Below, piece by piece: positions 16,949 through 23,103 of a stretch of 23,103 bases of DNA; within the stretch, counting starts at the first letter, position 1, and the number at the start of each line of letters is the position of its first letter. The notes beneath the pieces are model-generated. The model did no database searches. It was not told the DNA's origin and saw only the letters and a program-made list of their open reading frames with translations. A program made the translations under genes and the position numbers. This DNA is from an uncultured Deinococcales bacterium. GTDB lineage: Bacteria > Deinococcota > Deinococci > Deinococcales > JAAFIG01. Where the stretch lies: assembly GCA_964247135.1 (NCBI GenBank), contig CAXTTL010000053.1, positions 1-23,103 on the forward strand. The letters run 5' to 3'.

Positions 16949-17220
16949 GACTCGAGTCTAGCAGTCTTTGTGAAACCTTGAACTTTGGGGTGTTTTGATG
17001 TTTTGCTCGGGTGTCTGAGGGTGGTGATTTGATTCGATCTGAAACGTGTAAGCTTTGACTCAATTTGCACGTGTCAAAGTTTGTGCAACCTTAGACATCA
17101 ATGGTTGTCGACCTCAGGTAAAACGGAAGTATTTTCATGGCTTCATCCGAGCCGTTTGGAAAAGCGTAGCTCGAGAAAACCCGTCTTGGAGATGATAAAT
17201 GGCTTTGGGATGAATGTGAC

Positions 17221-17288
17221 TTGACTTTTGTTTGACCTGCCCTTAACATGCGACCAAGTTTATACAAACCTTCTACGGATTGTGTACA
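17221..17288 (+). promoter_or_regulatory. carH promoter (TTGACT-17-TAACAT) with 11-bp-phased TnnAC(A) CarH operator-like repeats
   Basis: -35 at 17221-17226, -10 at 17244-17249. Hexamers TTGACT/TTGACC/TTAACA at 17221/17232/17243 and TATACA/TCTACG/TGTACA at 17261/17272/17283. Confidence 0.65.
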
Positions 17289-17314
17289 AAATCAAGATTG
17301 CCCAAAGGTCTGAC

Positions 17315-18271
17315 ATGAGCATAAGCCTTCAAACCAACAACCCAAACAGCGCCGCATCCCAAGACACGCCGCTGTTTACCGCCAGCGAGGTCGAACATCG
17401 CACCGCCGTGCCTGCCACAACGTTAAGACAGTGGGAACGGCGTTACGGTTTGCCAAACCCAAAACGCACGCCAAGCGGCTACCGGCTTTACAGCCAAAAT
17501 GATATCGCCTGCATCGAATTTTTTAAAAACCGCATTTCAGACGGCATTCCAGCCTCCAGGGCGGCGCAACTTTACGCCCTCGAGCAATCGTTACCCGCCG
17601 GCAACAATCAAATGCCGCAAAACATGCAGTACCCTCGAGCCACCAACCCAAACGACCTGGTGAGCCGTTTGATTGACGCGACCCTGCAAGGCGACAGCGC
17701 CAAAAGCGATGCGATCTTGGCTCAAGCCCACAGTACTTTGGCAGTTGAAGATGTGCTGCTCGAGTTGATCCAACCGACCCTGGTCGAAATCGGCGAGCGT
17801 TGGCACCGAGGCGAAATCACGATTGCCCACGAACACCAAGCCACCGCTTATCTGCGCGGCAAATTGCACGGTTTGCTCGAGATGGCGGGTTCGCCGCGTC
17901 ACGGTCCAACTGTGGTGGTGGCTTGCCCACCAAATGAATGGCACGAAATTGGGGCGCTCACCATTTCGATTTTCTTGCGTCGCGCCGGAATTCGCACGCA
18001 CTTTCTGGGCGCCAACACGCCGATTGCGGATTTGGCGCGTTTCGCCCGCGAGATCAAAGCCAGCGCGGTCATGGTTTCGGCTGGCACCAGCGAAGTGATC
18101 GAAAACATGCGCCCTCAAGCGCACTTGCTGCGCGAGGCGGTCGGCATCGTGATTTACGGCGGCAACGGTTTTAACGCCAATCCAAACTTGGCAACCGAAC
18201 TCGGCGGCGAGTATTACGGCGCCAACGCCAAAGTTGCCCTCGAGACACTGATCGCCAGGTTTGCATCATGA
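17315..18271 (+). CDS. carH: CarH/LitR: MerR-type, adenosylcobalamin-binding photoreceptor repressor
   Basis: MerR HTH with LRQWERRYG and RTPSGYRLYS, W-x9-EH motif (RWHRGEITIAHEH), B12 motif PPNEWHEIG...LGANTP. Start ATG 17315. Confidence 0.9.
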   Translation: MSISLQTNNPNSAASQDTPLFTASEVEHRTAVPATTLRQWERRYGLPNPKRTPSGYRLYSQNDIACIEFFKNRISDGIPASRAAQLYALEQSLPAGNNQMPQNMQYPRATNPNDLVSRLIDATLQGDSAKSDAILAQAHSTLAVEDVLLELIQPTLVEIGERWHRGEITIAHEHQATAYLRGKLHGLLEMAGSPRHGPTVVVACPPNEWHEIGALTISIFLRRAGIRTHFLGANTPIADLARFAREIKASAVMVSAGTSEVIENMRPQAHLLREAVGIVIYGGNGFNANPNLATELGGEYYGANAKVALETLIARFAS

Positions 18272-19893
18272 CCCAAGTTCGTGCGCCACTGCCTTCAAAT
18301 CCAATCATTCCCGTCTTGGAATCGGCTGTGGCTCCCTCGAGCCAAACCAAAAATCGTGCCCCCGATAGCCATGCCGATGTCACGATCATCGGGGCTGGTT
18401 TCGCCGGTTTGACCGCCGGCGCATTGCTCGCCAAAGACGGTTTTAAAGTTCAGGTGCTCGAACGCGACGTTCACCCTGGCGGTTGCGCCGCCAGCTTTAC
18501 CCGCACGACCCCGCAAGGAGATTTTCGCTTCGCCGTGGGTGCGACCGTCGCGGCTGGTCTCGAGCCTGGCGGCATCTTGCACGGCATTTACGCCAAACTC
18601 GGGCTTCACGCGCCAGGAAAAGCCCTGGAGCGCATCATGCGGGTGCATTTGAATGCCCAGGCGGTCGAAGTATCACACAACCGTAACCTGTGGAAAACCG
18701 AATTGCTGCGGGCATTTCCAGGACAGGAGGCTGCCAAACTAAAATTCTGGCAAGATTTGCAAAGCCTTGCCGACACCATGCACCACGTCGCCAAACGTTT
18801 TCCATCGATGCCGTTTAAAAGTGTTTACGACCTTCTCGACACGGCTCGAGGCATCCACATCGGCGTGCCAAAAGTCTTACTGTCGCTAAACAAAACCGTG
18901 TCGCAACTGCTCGATGGGCACGGCATAGAAGACCCTGCGCACAAGGCATTCATCGACGGTCAGTTGTTGGATTCGATGCAGGTGGTCTCAAACGGTTGCG
19001 CCCTGCCCAACGGCGCATATGCGCTCGAAGTGTACCGTTTTGGGGCGCAGTACGTGCCTGGTGGACTCTCGAGCATCGCCCAAGATTTGGCGAACAGCAT
19101 TGTCGATAATGGCGGCGCGGTGCATTACGCCGCCCGCGCCCGCGAGATTCTGACCGAAAAAAACCGTGTGGTCGGCGTTCAAACCCACGCTCGAGCCTTC
19201 AAATCAGACATCGTGATCTCGAGCGCACCAGTGCCGGACACGCTGGCGCTCTTGGGGGATGCCAAACCGAAAAAACTTGAGCAAGATTTTGCCGACAAAG
19301 CCGAAATTTGGGGTGCGTTCACGCTTTACATCGGCATTCAGGAATCCGCTCTGCCCAAAGACTTTGGCTGTTTTGAACAAATCACCGATTTTAACGAATC
19401 TGGCATCCTCGAGAATTTTTTGGTCAGCACCAGCCCCAATTGGGATTCCAGCCGCGCACCCAAAGGCTTTCGCGCCATCACGATCAGCACCCACGTCCGC
19501 GCCACGGACTGGTTTGGGCTAAGCGAAACCGATTACAAAGCCAAAAAAGCCGCCTTCGGGAAACGTATTTTGGGGCGTCTCGAGGAACTTTTCCCAGGTT
19601 TTCACGCGGGCATCGTTCACCTCGAGATGGGCACGCCAAGAACCTTTCAAGGTTTTACATTGCACGGCTTTGGTCGCGTCGGCGGTATTCCGCAAACCAT
19701 CTCGAGCGCCAACCTGAACGCGATTCATCACGATTCGGGCATTGCAGGCTTGTACCTGGCGGGCGAAACCATTTTCCCAGGGCAGGGCACACTGGGCGTT
19801 GCCGTCAGCGGCTTTAACGCCTACCGCAGCAGCAAACGCCAGCTCATCAAAACAAGGGCGACGGTTCAAAGAACGTCAGAAAGGGAAGTTTAA
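18268..19893 (+). CDS. FAD-dependent carotenoid desaturase/isomerase family protein (CrtD-like)
   Basis: IIGAGFAGLTAG, PGGCAASF, F.VGAT.AAGLEPGG, GTPRTF...GRVGGIPQ, GLYLAGETIFPGQGT.GVA.SG. ATGA-coupled to carH. Confidence 0.8.
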   Translation: MTQVRAPLPSNPIIPVLESAVAPSSQTKNRAPDSHADVTIIGAGFAGLTAGALLAKDGFKVQVLERDVHPGGCAASFTRTTPQGDFRFAVGATVAAGLEPGGILHGIYAKLGLHAPGKALERIMRVHLNAQAVEVSHNRNLWKTELLRAFPGQEAAKLKFWQDLQSLADTMHHVAKRFPSMPFKSVYDLLDTARGIHIGVPKVLLSLNKTVSQLLDGHGIEDPAHKAFIDGQLLDSMQVVSNGCALPNGAYALEVYRFGAQYVPGGLSSIAQDLANSIVDNGGAVHYAARAREILTEKNRVVGVQTHARAFKSDIVISSAPVPDTLALLGDAKPKKLEQDFADKAEIWGAFTLYIGIQESALPKDFGCFEQITDFNESGILENFLVSTSPNWDSSRAPKGFRAITISTHVRATDWFGLSETDYKAKKAAFGKRILGRLEELFPGFHAGIVHLEMGTPRTFQGFTLHGFGRVGGIPQTISSANLNAIHHDSGIAGLYLAGETIFPGQGTLGVAVSGFNAYRSSKRQLIKTRATVQRTSEREV

Positions 19894-19972
19894 GTTGACC
19901 TTTAAACCGCCGAACAAAAAATCCTATCCCAATTTCGTCAGCCGCGCCGCTTCAACGCCACAGGAGGCATTT

Positions 19973-20599
19973 ATGACACTCGTTGCCAACAACCGTCCGC
20001 ATCAGATTCGTTACCGCCGTGGTCAAACCGTTTATTTCGAGGGCGACCCAGCGCTCAGCCTGTTTAAAGTCGAAACCGGTTTGGTGCGAATTGCCAAACT
20101 GACCCCCAAAGGTCGGGTTTTGACCGTGCGTCACGTGTTGCCTGGCGATTACTTCGGCGAGGAAGCCTTCAACGGAATGCTGCGCGATCATCAAGTCGAA
20201 GCCCTGACCGACGCCACCTTATCCAGCCTCGACCCAAACGGTATCAATGTCGAGAACCTGCAATCGGTCACGCGCAGCCTATCCGACCAACTGCAACGCG
20301 TGATGGCTTACGAGTACCACTTGCAAATTGGCGATTTGCGTCAACGCGTGGCGCGGTATTTGATGCAGCTCGCCGCGACGCCACTCGGCGGCATCGACGA
20401 ACAGGGTCATCCCTTTGTCCGTGCGACGCACGAACTGATCGCCGAGGGCACCAGCAGCACCCGTGAGAGCGTCAGCAAAATCATCACCGAACTGCGCAGT
20501 GAAAACCTGGTGCAAAGCGGTTACAGACGCATTACGCTGTTAAACGTGGTCATTCTCGAGCAGCTTTCAGAAGCCACCGACCTCGACAACGACGATTGA
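19973..20599 (+). CDS. ldrP: Crp/Fnr-family regulator, LdrP-like
   Basis: SD AGGAGG; GLVRI...TVRHVLPGDYFGEEA, AYEYHLQIGDLRQRVARYL..LAATPL, THELIAEGTSSTRESVSK. Resembles Thermus LdrP as I recall it and sits downstream of carH/litR. Confidence 0.8.
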   Translation: MTLVANNRPHQIRYRRGQTVYFEGDPALSLFKVETGLVRIAKLTPKGRVLTVRHVLPGDYFGEEAFNGMLRDHQVEALTDATLSSLDPNGINVENLQSVTRSLSDQLQRVMAYEYHLQIGDLRQRVARYLMQLAATPLGGIDEQGHPFVRATHELIAEGTSSTRESVSKIITELRSENLVQSGYRRITLLNVVILEQLSEATDLDNDD

Positions 20600-20683
20600 T
20601 AACGGTTCAACCGGCAATCAGCAATATGTCTTACAGTGTCTCGAGGCAAGACAAAGCTCGAGACACCATTTTTGGGGGAAATC

Positions 20684-21595
20684 ATGAAAGTGCTTGTTAC
20701 AGGTTCAACAGGTTACGTCGGACATTATGTGGTCAAAGCGCTTTTGGCGGCTGGACATTCTGTGGTCAGCGTCAGTCGGGACGCAGGAAAAACCAAAACC
20801 GCCTCGGGCGCACAACTCGAGATTTTTGGCAACGTCGAATACCGCCAAGGCGATGTCAGCAACGGCAACGGTTTGAAAGAAGCCATGAACGGCGTCCAAG
20901 CCGTGGTGCATTTGGTCGGCATCATTGCCGAGAAGGGCTTGCAAACCTTTGCCCGCGTTCACGTTGAGGGCACACGCAATGTGCTCGAGGCTGCCAAAGC
21001 CGCTGGCGTCAAGCGTTACCTGCACATGAGCGCCCTGGGTGCGAGCGCCAACGCCGTCAGTGGTTACTCGAGCAGCAAGTTTCAAGCCGAGGAACTGGTT
21101 CGGGCGTCTAACTTGGATTGGACGATTTTTAGACCCAGTTTGGTCTTTGGGGTCGGTGACGATTTTTTCGGGCATGTTCTGAAAAACCTGGTGTCTCAGG
21201 CGCCCATCGTGCCCCAAATCGGCGATGGCATGTTCTTGTTCAGACCCATCTGGGTCGGCGACGTGGCGCAGTGCTTTGCTCAAGCGCTCGAGAAACCCGA
21301 CACTGTCGGCAAGATTTTTGAATTGGTCGGACCCAAAGAATTCACCTTCAAAGAACTCTCGGCACTGATGCAAACCGTGCTGGGTCTGAAAAAGCCGGTC
21401 GTTCCCGTGCCGCTGCCGATCATGGACATCATGGTTCCGCTCATGAACGTCATCCCTGCCATCGCCCCAATCACCAAAGACCAGTACGCCATGATGAAAG
21501 CCGGCAACACGGGCAACCCAGAGACCATGAAAAAAACGTTTCAACTCGAGCAACGCAAACTTGAGACTGAATTGCCAGCCATACTCGGGAAATAA
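20684..21595 (+). CDS. NDUFA9-like NAD-dependent epimerase/dehydratase family protein
   Basis: MKVLVTGSTGYVG, VVHLVGIIAE, VHVEGTRNV, HMSALGA, YSSSK..AE, WTIFRPSLVFG.GD, PIWVGDVA. Confidence 0.88.
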   Translation: MKVLVTGSTGYVGHYVVKALLAAGHSVVSVSRDAGKTKTASGAQLEIFGNVEYRQGDVSNGNGLKEAMNGVQAVVHLVGIIAEKGLQTFARVHVEGTRNVLEAAKAAGVKRYLHMSALGASANAVSGYSSSKFQAEELVRASNLDWTIFRPSLVFGVGDDFFGHVLKNLVSQAPIVPQIGDGMFLFRPIWVGDVAQCFAQALEKPDTVGKIFELVGPKEFTFKELSALMQTVLGLKKPVVPVPLPIMDIMVPLMNVIPAIAPITKDQYAMMKAGNTGNPETMKKTFQLEQRKLETELPAILGK

Positions 21596-21646
21596 CCGAA
21601 CGTCTCGAGTGCTCAGTTTTGACGCACTCGAGCTGCCGCACGGTTT

Positions 21647-22819
21647 ATGATGATGGGCGTGGAATTGTTCATCATCGGTTTTGCGTTTCTTTTTGGTTCA
21701 CTGATCGGTTCGTTTTCCAACGTGCTGATCTACCGCATCCCCCGCAAGGAAAGCGTCGCCTTCCCGCCCAGCCATTGCCCCAACTGCAACCATCAACTCG
21801 GGGTGCTCGACCTGTTCCCGATTTTTTCCTGGCTCGCCTTGCGTGGCAAATGCCGTTACTGCGGACATCCGATCTCCAGCCGTTATCCGATCATCGAACT
21901 GATTTCGGGCATCGGTTACGCCCTGATCGCCTGGAAGGTCTACGGCAATTACAGCCTCGGCTTGCAATACGGGTTTGAGCGCAATTACATTCTCGAGGCG
22001 CTCGGCATGATGTTCTTGTACACCTGCCTGCTGGTCGGTTCGGCAATTGACCTCGAGACGAAACTGCTGCCCGACGAATTTACCTTGCTGCCACTGCTGG
22101 TGGGTTTGGCGCTCTCGGTCTGGATCGGCGGCGTCCCAGGGTTTTACAAGGCGCTCGAGGGAGCCATCTTTGGTGCTGGCATTCTGGCGTTTGTTGCGGG
22201 TTTTTTCGCCTGGGTGCTGCGCCGTTTTAGAGAACCAAAATTCCCATCGTTTCCGGTTGGTTATTTGAACATTCACCTGGCGTTTCTGGTCGGGGCTTGG
22301 CTCGGACCTATTTATGGCGTTGCGGCTGGCGTGCTTTTGACGGTTCTCAATTTGATTTTTAAACGCGTGATTCCAATGCCCGACTTTTTGACCCTCGGCG
22401 GCGGCATCATCAGCATTTTTGTCTCGAGCAGCGTCTTACACAACCATAGCCTCGCCTCGAGCGCTTACGGTGCCTTGCAAGCCGCCGGCGGCATGGCATT
22501 GCTGGCAGGCTTGTACTGGTGGTTCACCCCCGAATTTGAGGACGATGAAAGCGAAGACGGCGATCCCGTCGCCTTTGGGTTTGGCGATGTCAAACTTTGG
22601 GGCGCGGTCGGTGTGGTGCTGTTCTGGCAGGGCGCGATCTTCGGATTTTTGATTGGCGTGTTTGCTGGCGCGATTTTTGGTATCATCCAAAAAGCCCGCA
22701 CCGGAGATTCGCAACTGCCATTTGGACCTGGTTTGGCGCTGGGCGCAATGACTGCGTATTTTACAAACTCGAGTCCATTCTTGAGCTATCTGCAAAACAT
22801 TGGGATTTTGGGAAAATAA
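21647..22819 (+). CDS. pilD: Type IV prepilin peptidase/N-methyltransferase (A24A)
   Basis: GSFSNVLIYRIP, two CxxC motifs (SHCPNC, GKCRYC), catalytic Asp motifs IDLETKLLPD and GFGDVKL, LPFGPGL. Start may be ATG 21647/21650/21653 or GTG 21659 (7 nt after TATGAT). Confidence 0.92.
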   Translation: MMMGVELFIIGFAFLFGSLIGSFSNVLIYRIPRKESVAFPPSHCPNCNHQLGVLDLFPIFSWLALRGKCRYCGHPISSRYPIIELISGIGYALIAWKVYGNYSLGLQYGFERNYILEALGMMFLYTCLLVGSAIDLETKLLPDEFTLLPLLVGLALSVWIGGVPGFYKALEGAIFGAGILAFVAGFFAWVLRRFREPKFPSFPVGYLNIHLAFLVGAWLGPIYGVAAGVLLTVLNLIFKRVIPMPDFLTLGGGIISIFVSSSVLHNHSLASSAYGALQAAGGMALLAGLYWWFTPEFEDDESEDGDPVAFGFGDVKLWGAVGVVLFWQGAIFGFLIGVFAGAIFGIIQKARTGDSQLPFGPGLALGAMTAYFTNSSPFLSYLQNIGILGK

Positions 22820-22873
22820 GGACAGGGCGCAATTTCCTTTTCTCGCACGAAAATCAGCCATTGCTCGAGCCAT

Positions 22874-22952
22874 CCTCTCATCCCCAACCCTTCTTGCCCC
22901 TTACGGCAGCACCTTCGGGCTTGGGGCGCTTCTCTCCTCGGAGAGAAGGGAG
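22874..22952 (+). repeat. REP-like element, copy 2, interrupted by a 34-bp insert
   Basis: CCTCTCATCCCCAACCCTTCT-[22895-22928]-CTTCTCTCCTCGGAGAGAAGGGAG; the flanks match 15283-15322. Confidence 0.75.
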
Positions 22953-23062
22953 CTTAAGTCTTTACATGTCTGGCTCGAGAATTTTGCTGACAGACTTTTT
23001 GTGTGAAAATCTGTTTTTCTCAAGAAATCGAACCTCAAGGTGCGGGAATCATACCAAATTGC

Positions 23063-23094
23063 GGGGAACAGTCATGCTTTATCGACTGTTCCCC
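23063..23094. repeat. Perfect 11-bp inverted repeat at the window edge
   Basis: GGGGAACAGTC-atgctttatc-GACTGTTCCCC. Confidence 0.6.
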
Positions 23095-23103
23095 CGACCA
23101 ACG

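Noticed and set aside
17053-17079. CTTTGAC-13nt-GTCAAAG as an LdrP/Crp site
   Set aside because: It is only a 7-bp inverted repeat and the spacing does not fit Crp/Fnr boxes; it cannot be assigned.
23061-23094. GCGGGGAACAG / CTGTTCCCC resembling a type I-E CRISPR repeat end
   Set aside because: The rest of the repeat is absent, and the two halves form one inverted hairpin rather than direct repeats.

Overview
Chromosomal window from a bacterium that is very probably a Deinococcales member. The evidence is a GlnRS-YqeY fusion, a CarH/LitR plus LdrP pair, a Deinococcus/Thermus-style PilD and many leaderless genes. Gene content in order: GAF/HD-GYP phosphodiesterase, glnS, an intact type I Wadjet operon (jetABCD), CE7 acetylxylan esterase, an NmrA-like/HxlR divergent pair, menG/ubiE, a lipoprotein trypsin-like protease, a DinB-like protein, an SDR, a carH-desaturase-ldrP light-response cluster, an NDUFA9-like oxidoreductase and pilD. 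The most striking unexplained signal is the palindrome CTCGAG. I count about 150 copies by hand against about 6 expected, in all reading frames and in intergenic DNA, so it behaves like a highly iterated palindrome (HIP). It is nearly saturated in core genes but only partly established in Wadjet. Intergenic DNA also holds a 154-bp MITE with TIRs and a TCA target duplication, GTAG/GTGG-type REP hairpins, a second REP family with a nested insertion, a candidate ~68-nt anti-SD sRNA and 11-bp-phased CarH operator repeats. All family assignments come from motif recognition by eye, not database searches.
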